Made by a program: the position numbers and the translations under genes
Shown: positions 36,101-47,131 of the stretch, in pieces
Layout: each line of letters opens with the position of its first letter
Position numbering within the stretch: position 1 is the first letter of the stretch
Assembly: GCA_002269645.1 (NCBI GenBank)
Contig: NIVC01000107.1
Coordinates: 327,867 to 391,866, forward strand
DNA from: Macrostomum lignano
Lineage: Eukaryota
Reading direction: 5' to 3'
DNA length: 64,000 nt
The notes under the pieces: model-generated
Database searches by the model: none
Seen by the model: only the letters and a program-made list of their open reading frames with translations
What the model was told of the DNA's origin: nothing

Positions 36101-39100
36101 CGCTTGCGGCTTCCGCTCCGGCCACGTCCGCTTGTTCGACCTGGCCGCCGCTTCCATGCTGGGTGAGCGGCGCAGCCATAGCGGCGCCGTCAGCGGGCTC
36201 GCCTTCTCCGCCTGCGGCCTCCGCCTGTTCTCCTGCGGCTCCGACGGCGGCCTGTCGGTTCACGACGCCTCGGCGGCCTGCGCGCTGCTCCGCTCCGTGC
36301 CCGACGTTGTCGCCAGGGTCGGCGCCGGCGGCTCCGAGGACCGTCCGAGCCCGCTGGCCGTGGACTCGGCCGACCCCGGCGGCTCCCTCATTGCCTACAT
36401 CGGGCCGACCGGCGCCGCGGTTGTCGTGGCCGAAGGCGCCACCCTCGCTGAGCTGATCCGCGTAGACGTCACCATGGTCGCCGGGGCGGGCGTGGCGGAC
36501 GCAGCCCGCGCCCTGCAGTTCGGCGCCGGGCACCTCCTGGTGGCCACGGAGGGCGGCCGCCTACTTCGATTGGAGCGCCGTTCCGGCCGCCTGGCCTCCC
36601 AGCTGTCCGACCTCGGCCGCTGCGACTGCCTCTGCCTGAGCCCGGACGGCCGTTACTGCGTGGCCGGGGTTGGCCGGCAGCTGAAGCTGTTCCAGAACTG
36701 CTCGACCGGACAGGTGCAGTTCTCCAGCTTCCTGGGCCACAGCGGCCGAATCTGCGCGCTCGCCTTTAGCGCCGACGGCGCCAGACTGATGTCCGTTGGG
36801 GAGGCGGTCCTCGTCTGGGACTTCATGGCCCCGCCGGCATCTGAGAAGCCTGCCGAGAACCTCAGGACTGAGAACGGCGCCAAGGTTTGTGGACAGTGAA
36901 ACCAGCCCCACCTGACTCCCAATGTACATCAGCCTCCCCACCTCACTCCCAATGTACATCAGCCTCCCCACCTCACTCTCAATGTACATCAGCCTCCCCA
37001 TCAACTCTTTGAGAAGTTTTCCATTTAATCCTTGTAGAAGCCTCAACCAACACCCGTCACGCCGGCCGCTCCGCAGTCGCGACACCGAGTGGAGGCGCCG
37101 GTGCGCGACCCCGGCCCGGGCCCGGCCACCGGGACGGCGAACCCGGAGCTCGCCGATGCCGTGCCGCTTGCGAACGACGGCAGCAGCTCCAGCTCCAGTG
37201 TGTCCGACTGCGAAGTCACGGAGCTCGCCGCGCCGGCCTCCAGCGCCCCGCCTGCCGAGCCGACGGTGTCGCTGCCGGTGCCGCCGCTGGCGCTGTTGCC
37301 CGACGAGCCGGCGGCGGGAGACGACGGCGGCGCTCCGCACGAGCATCCGGCGCCTTCATCTGCGCGCCACTTTCGGTCCGGCGCCGAGTCGTTGCGACAG
37401 CCGCCTGCCGACCAGCGGCGCTACCTGGCGCGGCCCGGCGAGGAGGCGCTGAGGCTGCGCGCCGGACTCGGTGCCGGCTCGGGCGTCGGCGCCATCGCCT
37501 GGCTGGAGGGCCGCGGCCGTCTGGTGTACGCCGTCGGCTGCCAGCTGCTGTCCGAGGACCTCGAGACCGGCCTGCAGGCGCGGCTCTGCCAGCTGCCCGG
37601 CCCGGCCACCGCGGCCGCCGCCAGCTCCGACAGCCGCCTGGCCGCCTTTTGCTGCCTCGGCGGCGGTCTGCGCATTTTCGACGCCGAGGCTGCCGACGCT
37701 GCGAACGCCGAGGCGCCGGAGGGAGTGTCGATGGCGCTGATCTGCCGCCCGCTGTCCGGCGGCCCGGCCACCTGCGCGCAGTTCAGCAGAGACGATCGCT
37801 ACCTGCTGACCGTGGGCAACCACGCCGATCCCCTGCTGCAGGTCTGGCTGGGTCCCGACTGGCAGGCCGTGGCCAGCCACCGGGCGGCCTACCCCGTCAA
37901 CGACGTCTGCTGGCGCGCCGCCGACCTCGCCAGTTTCGTCAGCGTCGGCACCGCGGCCGCCCTCTCCGTCTGGTCGGTGGTTAGCGGGCCGGACGGATCG
38001 CAGCGGCTGCAGCTGGAGGAGCTGCCCGCGCCGGACGAGGCCATCGGACGGCGGCCCGGACTGCGGGCGTCGGCTGCCTCAGCCGAGGAGCTGTCGGCTT
38101 GCACCGTCGACTCTGACGACGCCGCGTTTGTGGCCGGTGGCCGCGGCCGGGTCTCCGTGTGGTCGCTGGGCGAGCGCCGCTGCGTCATGCACTGGGAGGC
38201 CGAGGCCAACGAGGTGTGTCGGCTGGCCCTGCGGCCCGGCGGCCTCCTCCTGTGCGGAGCCGCTGACGGCGCCGTCAAGGCGTGGGACGTGCGCGACATC
38301 CTTGGCCTGGGCGGCGGCGGCTGGTCGGGCGGCCGCGTCCGGCTGGTCAGCTCCGCCCGACTGGATGGCGCCGTGCTGGCGCTGCTGCCGGACAGCCAGG
38401 CCGAGCTGGCGCTGGCCGCCACCGCTGCTTCCGTGTGGTGCCTCCGAGTTGCCGAGGGCGCCGCCACCCGCCTGATCGCCGGCCACGCCGCCCGCGTCGC
38501 CGCCGCGGCGCCGTTGCCCGGCCTCGGCGTCCTGGCCACCGGCGACGCGTCGGGCGCTGTCCGAATCTTCGACTCGGCCGGACGGCAGCTCCTGTGCCAG
38601 CTGCAGCCCGGCCGCCTCTCGGCCGCCTGCCTCTGCCTGGCCGCGGACGCCCTCTACTTGGCGGCCGGCTACGGGGACGGCCACGTCCGGGCCTTCACGG
38701 CCGGCGCCGACCTCGGCCAGACTTTGAAGGCCCGCCCGCACGCGGCCGGCGTGTCCTCGCTGGCTTTGGACCCCGGCCACCGTTTCCTGGTCAGCGGCTG
38801 CTCCGACGGCCTGCTGGCGCTGACGGGTCTCGACACCGGCCTCGTGCTGCGCGTCCTCCGCGACCACCGCGGCTCCGGCGTCGCCTGCCTGGACATCCAG
38901 CCGGACTCCGGCGGCTGCCACTTCCTGGCCTCCGCGGCCGACCGCCGCCTCAGCCTCTGGGCCTGCGCCGACTCCGCCGACTCCGTCGACCTCCGCCTGT
39001 GGCTGGCCTTCCCCCTGCCGGCCTTCGCCCCAGGCAGCGGCCGCCCGCTGTCTGACGATCCGACGGCCGCCATGGAGCTGCCGCCGGCGCTGGCCCGCTT

Positions 39101-39434
39101 CTGCCCGGCCGACGCCGACCTGCTGCTGCTGACCGGCTGCGCCCAGCAACCGGCCGTGGACCTCTACAGCCTCGCCCAGCGCCGAGTCGTCCGCTCCGTG
39201 TCGCTGCCCCGCTGGCCGCACTGCCTGGACGCGTCTCCGTCCGGCCGCCTGCTGCTGCTGGGGTCGCTCGGCCGCCTTGTCACCCTGCTGGACCTCGGCA
39301 GCGGCTGCTTCCAGGACTTCGTTGGACACGCGGAGGGCCTGTCCTGTGTCCGGTTCGGCGAAGATGGACGGTCCTGCTGGACTGCGGCAGGGAGAGACGT
39401 CCTGGGCTGGGATGTGCTGATCAGGGACTGCTGA
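33160..39434 (+). CDS. WDR90: WD repeat-containing protein 90 (CFA20/DUF667 domain plus multiple WD40 propellers)
   Basis: Exons 33160-34425, 34552-35025, 35784-36884 and 37038-39434 (all phase 0, about 1745 codons). N-terminal YPYLNLFK...SASNYIQLP...YLYVQFRP.PGRHFVLHVD matches the WDR90 CFA20 domain. GH...W[D] WD repeats and a C-terminal QDFVGH motif are present. The start exon was not located. Confidence 0.92.
35195..35740. repeat. Intronic minisatellite, 15-bp unit (cacctgaccaaatta)
   Basis: WDR90 intron. Confidence 0.95.
36915..37005. repeat. Intronic 30-bp tandem repeat x3
   Basis: cccaatgtacatcagcctccccacctcact. Confidence 0.9.
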
Positions 39435-39615
39435 GTGCGCTGGGGTGTGCTGATCAGGGACAGCTGAGTGCGCTGGGGTGTGCTGATCAGGGACAGCTGA
39501 GTGCGCTGGGGTGTGCTGATCAGGGACAGCTGAGTGCGCTGGGGTTTGCTGATCAGGGACAGCTGAGTGCACTGGGGTGTGCTGATCAGGGACTGCTGAG
39601 TACGCTGAGGTGTGC
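39410..39615. repeat. 33-bp tandem repeat containing the WDR90 stop codon
   Basis: gtgctgatcagggac(t/a)gctgagtgcgctggggt about 6 times. Confidence 0.9.
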
Positions 39616-39919
39616 TGAATGTTGCTCATTTGTCCGTCCATGTTTTAGCTATAAAAATGAAATAAAATTTGTATTTTAATTAGCAGAAATTTTGCGCATT
39701 CCGTCCTATTTAGCTCGTAATACACAATATACACACTGTAATTAGCCTGGCTGCTAAAGTTTATTTCGATACATATCGGCAATCGACTTGTAGTTATAAT
39801 GATAGCTCTACCTACCGGTAGCCAGCTGTTGTATGACCTACAATGACCCAGCTTTGTTACAATGTAGAAGCATTCCATTTGCCTGTCATTATTAATAATT
39901 TTATTTTGCTTGCAGAATT

Positions 39920-40155
39920 TCTCCCGGCTGTAATTACTGTATTCCCCAGCTCCCGGCTGTAATTACTGCATCCCCCAGCTCCCGGCTGTAATTACTGTAT
40001 TCCCCAGCTCCCGGCTGTAATTACTGTATTCCCCAGCTCCCGGCTGTAATTACTGTATTCCCCAGCTCCCGGCTGTAATTACTGTATTCCCCAGCTCCCG
40101 GCTGTAATTACTGTATTCCCCAGCTCCCGGCTGTAATTACTGTATTCCCCAGCTC
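39920..40155. repeat. Minisatellite, 29-bp unit
   Basis: ctcccggctgtaattactgtattccccag. Confidence 0.95.
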
Positions 40156-40449
40156 TGGCAGCGACTCTCAGTTCGGGCTGCTGGGCTTTTCCCATTTTGT
40201 TTTTAGTACGTTTTTTACTAGTAAAATGCTTTGCTATTACTTTGCAAGTAGTATGAACTGAGTGCTTGATTTTCATGTAATTTTCATGTACTGCATTGGC
40301 TATTGAATAAACGGCTGGTCTGTTTCTTAGTGCCACAATTTTTATTTTTGCTTTCTTCATTGCATTGTCTACCATCTCGTGCTGTGACTTTGAAATTTGA
40401 CAGCTTTGCTGCTGATTGAGTTGCTTTTTTCCTTTCGTTGGTAAGCCAG

Positions 40450-40705
40450 AATCTGCCGATACATACTGAGAATTCAGAAATCTACCAGAAATCTGCCGAC
40501 ACAGCTGGCAGTTCACAGAGAATTAAAAAGTCTACCTGAATCTGCTGATACAGCTGGCAGTTCACTGAGAATTCAGAAATCTACCAGAATCTGCTGATAC
40601 AGCTGGAAGTTCACTGAGAATTCAGAAATCTACCAGAATCTGCTGATACAGCTGGCAGTTCACTGAGAATTCAGAAATCTGCCGACACAGCTGGCAGTTC
40701 ACTGG
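40450..40705. repeat. Minisatellite, about 49-bp unit
   Basis: gaattcagaaatctaccagaatctgctgatacagctggcagttcactga. Confidence 0.9.
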
Positions 40706-41097
40706 AAATTTCTACGCAATCTCAGCAGAAAATGGCAGTTCACTGCTCGATCGCAGAGGTTCTTATCTTTCAATGGAGTGATTTTGCAACCAGCTGTTTT
40801 CAATATCCGCTCGAGTCTCTCAAATTGAGTAGCCGATGGTCTGAAAGCGCGTACGGATGCAGGGAAGAAGCTGGGGTTCCTGCTGAGCAGTTACTGTAGT
40901 CAGGGGGTCGAGAGGATTGAAATGGAGACGGAATCTTCAAGCGCAGGTAAGGAGCAGGAGAGAGAAGAGCCTCCGTCCTCTTACCGCGATGGGGGGGGCT
41001 GCCACGAACTGTGCAAATTGATTTGCCTGTCCAGGTGAGCTCGGGGACGGGCGGGGGAAGAGCTGAATAGGGGAGAGGATGAAGTTCGGAGGCTGGG

Positions 41098-42963
41098 ATG
41101 AAGCTTAAATCGAAGCTGCAACTCTGCTCGGCCCCGACAGCATCCGGAGACGGCAGCCCTGAGCTGGCGATGCAGACGGCCGATGGCACCCGGCTGGGGC
41201 AGCTGATGCAGCTGCCGTGCATGCAGAAGTACCTGGCCAGCTTCCAGCCCGACGCTGTCGCCGAGATTCAGCGGCACATCGACAATCGTCTCAAGCGGTC
41301 GACGCCTACGACGACAGCCGCACCGTCGCCGCATCAGCCGCCGTTCCGTCTGCCGACCTACGCCGAGTACGTCCGCATGGTGCAGTCGCAGCAGGACCTG
41401 CGCCCCCAAGTTCGCGTTGTTGACAGTGAGAGCCGGCAGCTGCGGCACAACCACAGCGACACCGGCGGCTGCCAGCTGAGCGGCCAACGCCGTCGGCTAT
41501 ACGACGACGAGCGACTGCAGACGGTGTCGGAGCTACTCGCTTCCGAGGAGCGGTTCAGCAGCGACCTCCGCCTGCTGCACACCGAGTTCCGCAGGCCGCT
41601 GCTGGCCAGCCGCCTCCTCAGCGCCGAGGACGTTGCGGACGTCTTCGTCAACCTGCCGCAGCTGCTGCGGGCTCAGGTCTCCCTGCTGGACCGCCTTCGA
41701 CTGGCCGTCTCTGCAGCCGTCGCCGCCGGAGATGCCGACCAGGCCGCTGCCGGCGTAGCCGACGCCTTCCTGGACGGCGCCACCGACCACCTCACCTGCC
41801 TGCGGCACTACAGCGTCGGGCACCGGCGCTCGCTGGCCCGCCTTGACCGCCTGGAGCGGCGCTGCCGCCTGCTGCGCCTCTTCCTGGCGGCCTCCCAAGA
41901 CGACAACCCGCGCCTGCGCCGGATGCCTCTGCGCGCCTTCCTCATCCAGCCCGTGCAGCGGCTCATGCGGTACCCCCTGCTGCTCGACCGCCTGCTGCGG
42001 CTCAGCAGCTGCGGCGGCGGCGGCGGCGGCGGCGGAAAGCTCGACTTTGCCAGCTCGACGGTCGAGCGGCTGCGCCGGGCGAAGTCGCAAGTCGAGGCCG
42101 CCATTGCCGAGACCAACGCCCGCGCCCTTGAGCCGTCCGACGCGCAACCCCAGCAGCCGCCGCAGCCGCAGGCGCCGTCGCCTCCTCCGCGGCAGCTGCT
42201 CACCTCTGCCTCTTCGAACTCGCTCTCGGCCATCGGCTGTCTGCGCCACTTCGCCGGCCCAACGAGGAAGGCGACGCCGCTGACAACAGCCGCCGCTGCG
42301 GTCGAATGGGCGGCTGCCAGCCGGCAGCGCAGCGCCTCCTGCAGCGGCGCCGACCTGGTACGCCTCGCGCTTGACCGCCTGCGCTGGGGCACCGCAGCCC
42401 GCTGTTGCTTCAGCGGCGCGGTCTACGCGGCCCCGACCGCCACGGCCGACCTTCGCAGCGGCTGCTGGGCGGTGCTGATCTCTCGAAATCTGCCAGAGGA
42501 CGCCGGGGCTGCCGAGTCTGGCGCGAAGAAGCTTTCAGCGCTGCTGTTTCCTGGAACTCTGGACCGCGAAGCCGCAGCGGTCGCAGCTGAAGTGGGCGAC
42601 GATGAGCCGGAGGCGGCGCTGCTGCTGTTCCAGGAGCCGCGGCTCGGCAGGCGGGCGCTGCTGCGGGAGCCGCTGCTGCTCAGCGCCTGCGTTGTCGGCG
42701 AAAGCAGCGACGACTTCAGCGTCCGCGTCTCGGACGTCCGCGGCGGCAGCGGCGTCGCCCGCCTGCGGCCCGCGGTTGACTCGCCAGCGGCTGCCCTGCG
42801 TCTCCAGCGACTTCTGCGCCGTGTCAGCCTGCGCTGCGGCCGCTGGCGCCTGCGGAGGCCGGCGGCGCCCAACGCCCTCCTGGCTGGACTGGTCGGCAGC
42901 TCGAGCCCCCCACCCACGTCTGTGGCGTCCGGACACTCCTGGCTGGAAGAAGCGGAGCGTTGA
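41098..42963 (+). CDS. Dbl-homology (RhoGEF) domain protein, single large ORF of 621 aa
   Basis: DH motifs ELLASEERFSSDL, VFVNLPQL, FLDGATDHLTCLRHYSVGH and LRAFLIQPVQRLMRYPLLLDRL. A degenerate PH-like region may follow. Confidence 0.85.
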   Translation: MKLKSKLQLCSAPTASGDGSPELAMQTADGTRLGQLMQLPCMQKYLASFQPDAVAEIQRHIDNRLKRSTPTTTAAPSPHQPPFRLPTYAEYVRMVQSQQDLRPQVRVVDSESRQLRHNHSDTGGCQLSGQRRRLYDDERLQTVSELLASEERFSSDLRLLHTEFRRPLLASRLLSAEDVADVFVNLPQLLRAQVSLLDRLRLAVSAAVAAGDADQAAAGVADAFLDGATDHLTCLRHYSVGHRRSLARLDRLERRCRLLRLFLAASQDDNPRLRRMPLRAFLIQPVQRLMRYPLLLDRLLRLSSCGGGGGGGGKLDFASSTVERLRRAKSQVEAAIAETNARALEPSDAQPQQPPQPQAPSPPPRQLLTSASSNSLSAIGCLRHFAGPTRKATPLTTAAAAVEWAAASRQRSASCSGADLVRLALDRLRWGTAARCCFSGAVYAAPTATADLRSGCWAVLISRNLPEDAGAAESGAKKLSALLFPGTLDREAAAVAAEVGDDEPEAALLLFQEPRLGRRALLREPLLLSACVVGESSDDFSVRVSDVRGGSGVARLRPAVDSPAAALRLQRLLRRVSLRCGRWRLRRPAAPNALLAGLVGSSSPPPTSVASGHSWLEEAER

Positions 42964-42976
42964 TTGTCCGTTGAAA

Positions 42977-43448
42977 TCAAGGATCTGGGATCAAGGATCT
43001 GGGATCAAGGATCTGGGATCAAGGATCTGGGATCAAGGATCTGGGATCAAGGATCTGGGATCAAGGATCTGGGATCAAGGATCTGGGATCAAGGATCTGG
43101 GATCAAGGATCTGGGATCAAGGATCTGGGATCAAGGATCTGGGATCAAGGATCTGGGATCAAGGATCTGGGATCAAGGATCTGGGATCAAGGATCTGGGA
43201 TCAAGGATCTGGGATCAAGGATCTGGGATCAAGGATCTGGGATCAAGGATCTGGGATCAAGGATCTGGGATCAAGGATCTGGGATCAAGGATCTGGGATC
43301 AAGGATCTGGGATCAAGGATCTGGGATCAAGGATCTGGGATCAAGGATCTGGGATCAAGGATCTGGGATCAAGGATCTGGGATCAAGGATCTGGGATCAA
43401 GGATCTGGGATCAAGGATCTGGGATCAAGGATCTGGGATCAAGGATCT
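42977..43448. repeat. Minisatellite, 14-bp unit (atcaaggatctggg)
   Basis: Begins 14 bp after the RhoGEF stop. Confidence 0.95.
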
Positions 43449-43909
43449 TAATACTATGCATAATTTACTTCTTGCACAACTCGCTTTGCGTGACACGAAC
43501 GCCACTTTTATTGCAAGACTCAGTAGTATTAGCGTTTTTTCAGTTACTGAAATAAACATTTACAAATGATGCTTAAATATAATATAACCTTATCATGCAC
43601 TGTAGACTATGCAGTGTACATAAATATGTGCAAATTTTAATCGCCACCTTCAGTACGAGGTGCTGCCCTTCAAGACGCTGCCTGGCGCAACAAGCAACAA
43701 AATAAACAGCAATAGTGCTGAGTAGACGAGTAGCTAGTTGAGATGACTAAACAGTTAGCCTATCTTATTAAGAGTGCTGTCCTTAAATTACACAATGGCA
43801 GCATTCGATACTTGAGTAATTGTCATGACCAGGCTTTATCAGGGTACTGCGCTCGTGTTTCCACAAAAATCGGAAAAGGGGTCAACTTAACTCAAAAATC
43901 TTCCAACAT

Positions 43910-44395
43910 AAATGACACAAATGCCACACAAGCTGACACAAATGCAACACAAGCTGACACAAATGCAACACAAGCTGACACAAATGCAGCACAAGCTGAC
44001 ACAAATGCCACGCAAGCTGACACAAATGCCACGCAAGCTGACACAAATGCCGCACAAGCTGACACAAATGTGACACAAGCTGACACAAATGTCACGCAAG
44101 CTGACACAAATGCCACACAAGCTGACACAAATGCCACGCAAGCTGACACAAATGCCGCACAAGCTGACACAAATGTGACACAAGCTGACACAAATGCCAC
44201 GCAAGCTGACACAAATGCCGCACAAGCTGACACAAATGTGACACAAGCTGACACAAATGCCACGCAAGCTGACACAAATGCCGCACAAGCTGACACAAAT
44301 GTGACACAAGCTGACACGTCACGCAAGCTGACACAAATGCCACACAAGCTGACACAAATGTCACGCAAGCTGACACAAATGCCACGCAAGCTGAC
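43910..44395. repeat. Minisatellite, 21-bp unit (gacacaaatgccacgcaagct)
   Basis: Explains the spurious QADTNAT ORFs. Confidence 0.93.
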
Positions 44396-44734
44396 TCGTA
44401 AGATAAGCAAGATACGAGTTAAGAACATTGTTCTAAAACTGCTTAGAGCTACACACTGCACCATAAATCTTATATACATATTGTTGTATATAAGATTTAT
44501 GCTCAGCACTCTCTCTACACTCTGCATGCCTACCATGCAGTTCTACAAATAGCTTCAAGCACTGAGTTGCTGCGGTCTCGGCCATAGACAGTCGCAGTAA
44601 GCGGGTCGCAGTAAGAAGCGACTGGAGGTGGCGATCCGTACGTTACAAGGTGTTTATTCAGACGAATTTGTTAGGAATTTTAATGTTTGACCCCTGAAGT
44701 GTCACTTAAAAGTGCATGCACTTTACAAGCTGCA

Positions 44735-45050
44735 ATGAAACTCGGATTATCGAAAAACTTCAGCCTTTGGCTGCTGGTCTGTGCGCTCCTGCTGAACTGT
44801 GAGTGCTGCAACGTCTGCTCAGTTTTTATCGATTTTTGCTTATCAATCTCACTGTGAGGGATGTCAATCTCAACCATCTCACTCCGCAGGCACCGGCAGG
44901 GTGTACAGCTGCCAGTGGAGCGTCTCCGGCTGCGCCAGTCGCCACCGCAGCTGCCAGTACGCCTGGGAGTGCTGCCCGGACCTCGACTGCCGGCCCTACG
45001 TTGACCCGGTGGACGAATTCCAGTTTCCCGATGTCCTGGTCTGCCAGTGA
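44735..45050 (+). CDS. Secreted Cys-rich knottin-like peptide K5, 74 aa
   Basis: Exon1 44735-44798 (MKLGLSKNFSLWLLVCALLLN, phase-1 GTGAGT). Exon2 44890-45050 after ctcactccgcag: (C)TGRVYSCQWSVSGCASRHRSCQYAWECCPDLDCRPYVDPVDEFQFPDVLVCQ*. AATAAA at 45131-45136. Confidence 0.85.
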
Positions 45051-45228
45051 GCCGCGTGCGGGCTTTGACCTTCTCTGTTCTCACCTGTTTTGTGCAGCTG
45101 TGTCTGACATTTAGTAAGACGGAGTGTTAAAATAAACTGATTTAAGTCGTTTTAATTTGTCTTTCTATGTGACCAACAGTTGATAATGAATGGCAAAACT
45201 TTAGTTAAACAGCAGAGTTCGCAGCAGG

Positions 45229-45518
45229 TCATTCGCAAATGTTGGTGTAGACGCCGCTTCCGTACATGTGCTCCGGGACGGGGATTCGCTGGCAGGTGAA
45301 GCTGCAGCAGTGCCGGTCCTCTCGGCAGGGGCCGCCTTTCGGATTGCAGGGCAGCTCAGCGCCGCAGGTGGTGCAACCAGCTGCAAATTTGTTGCAGTTC
45401 TGAATGAGGGGCTGAACTTCAACTGCAATGACGCCCTATGCGATAACTTTGCCGTTGGGCGCCTCAACTCACCGACAAGAGCCAGCAGGACAAGCAGATG
45501 AAGAACACAATGCCTCAT
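45229..45518 (-). CDS. Secreted Cys-rich knottin-like peptide K6, 65 aa
   Basis: Exon1 45518-45473 (MRHCVLHLLVLLALV, phase-1 GTGAGT). Exon2 45380-45229 after aaatttgcag: (A)GCTTCGAELPCNPKGGPCREDRHCCSFTCQRIPVPEHMYGSGVYTNICE*. Confidence 0.85.
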
Positions 45519-45784
45519 TATGATGCTGGTGTGGCAGGTATGCTGTTAGTAGTTAACCTCTCAATTCAAAGTACAAATCTGCGGAGCAGAAAAGCGACAT
45601 CTCTGGCGCTCTGCACTCGGACACGAAACCGTCTCTGGTTCAAAGTGAAAAATCTCCGAAGTTGTCATCGGATGTGACACTCTGAAACTATGAAAATTTT
45701 CTTAGCATTAAGTAATCTGAGCATGACTTCGCTAATGCTAAAAGTTTGTCATTTTCTTGGCTTCTGGGCTTCCAAGACAATGAT

Positions 45785-46002
45785 GGGGTTGTAGCCTAGT
45801 GGTCAGAGCGTCGGACTCACGACTGAAATGCTGGGGGGTTCGATTCTCGACCCACTCAGAACAGTTTGTGTCCTTGAGCAAGAAACTTCACTCTCCATTG
45901 CTTCAGTTCACCCAGCTGTAAAATGGGTGCCAGGATTAGCTGGGGTAATTGAGACTGTGTGCCGACCCCCCCCCCCCCCCCCCAGTCCTTGGACTGAAAA
46001 GC
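45785..46002 (+). mobile_element. SINE family A, copy 3
   Basis: ggggttgtagcctagtggtcagagcgtcggactcacgac...gggttcgattctc, then the shared central domain and 3' agtccttggactgaa. Confidence 0.8.
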
Positions 46003-47117
46003 CGTACGCAGTTTTCAGATGCGCCGCTGAGCAGCAACAAAGGACGCGAACCTGAAAAGTTAATTCAGGCGGTCAGGGTGCATTAGATGGCGCGCTTCAG
46101 GGCGACAGAGTCCACCAGCGGTGCCGAGCGCACAGCAGGCAGTCCGCCTACATGAACCAACAAGTAGCTCTCGGCCCGGATCAATGACTAAGAAGGTCAC
46201 ACTACACAGCTGGCCCACATCATACAGCTGGATCTAATGGAGTTGCAAGAGGTCACTGTTGTGGCGTGAGTACTAAGTACAAGTATTGAGTACTTCAGTC
46301 GTACCGTATTTATGTTTCAACAGTATTGTATTCAACTCAAATCATTGCGTAACATATAGCCAATCTGCCAGGTGTATACACCCAACGTGCACGCTTCATT
46401 TACTAACAAATATAAAGCGGCGGAGTCAGTCGAGACTCCACAATTCTTATTTCTCAACTCTCGCTCGCACAAAAACCCACGCGTTCAATACACAACAGTC
46501 ACTATCGTGGGTACGTCTCCATTCAGAGGATCCTGGGACCGGGTGAAGGTGTCTGGTCAAACCACGCCTTCGGCAGAACATGCACTACTTGTCGCTGTCC
46601 CCGCGCCTGTTGCGGCTCGACCTGCACCTGCTTGCCCTGCTGCATCCGGCTGTTCTGCGCGAACTCGGCCGCAGGTTCTCACCCAGAAGAAGCACGAGCG
46701 TTTAAATACCCGCGCTTTTGTCCGACCCAATACTACAGCAGACTGGCTGAAAAGTAGTCAGACAAAAAATGACAGCTACCAAATATCTCTCTAATGTAGT
46801 TCCTTATTAATCTGGCTGTTCTCCGTCCGGAGATCTCGGTTGTGGCCCCATCTGCTGTAATACTGAATGTACTAAAGTACAGCTCGTAGTCAATAAACTT
46901 GTAAATTGACCGCAACCAGAGCACAGGGAGAGATCCGACAAAACTGTCATGTAAAAAACCTTGCTAACACTTTGTCTCAAGTGAAGTAACAGGTGCGAGT
47001 AAGTAGCTGTAGCCACTTTACTCATAAAAAGTTTCTTAAGGCAAGGGCAGTCCGCGCTTAAAATCCATGCATTCAGTTTATGTTTTCCTATTCTCTGCGT
47101 TTAACTGTTACAAACGC

Positions 47118-47131
47118 GATGCCCTAGCAAC
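47118..47131. promoter_or_regulatory. X-box-like (RFX) motif upstream of the EF-hand gene
   Basis: gatgccctagcaac, one mismatch from GTTGCC-TAGCAAC-type consensus. Confidence 0.35.

Noticed and set aside
33126-42980. Many long overlapping ORFs on alternative frames and the opposite strand of WDR90 and the RhoGEF
   Set aside because: Shadow ORFs caused by very high GC3. Only one frame carries recognisable domains.
43743-44552. QADTNAT-repeat (antifreeze or mucin-like) ORF
   Set aside because: A 21-bp minisatellite open in multiple frames, with AT-rich non-coding flanks.
46527-46790. Cys-rich frame (CTTCRCPRACCGSTCTCLPCC) that looked like another toxin
   Set aside because: The Cys codons are the +1 shadow of a CTG-rich Leu frame. 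The spacing does not match the family and no signal exon was found.
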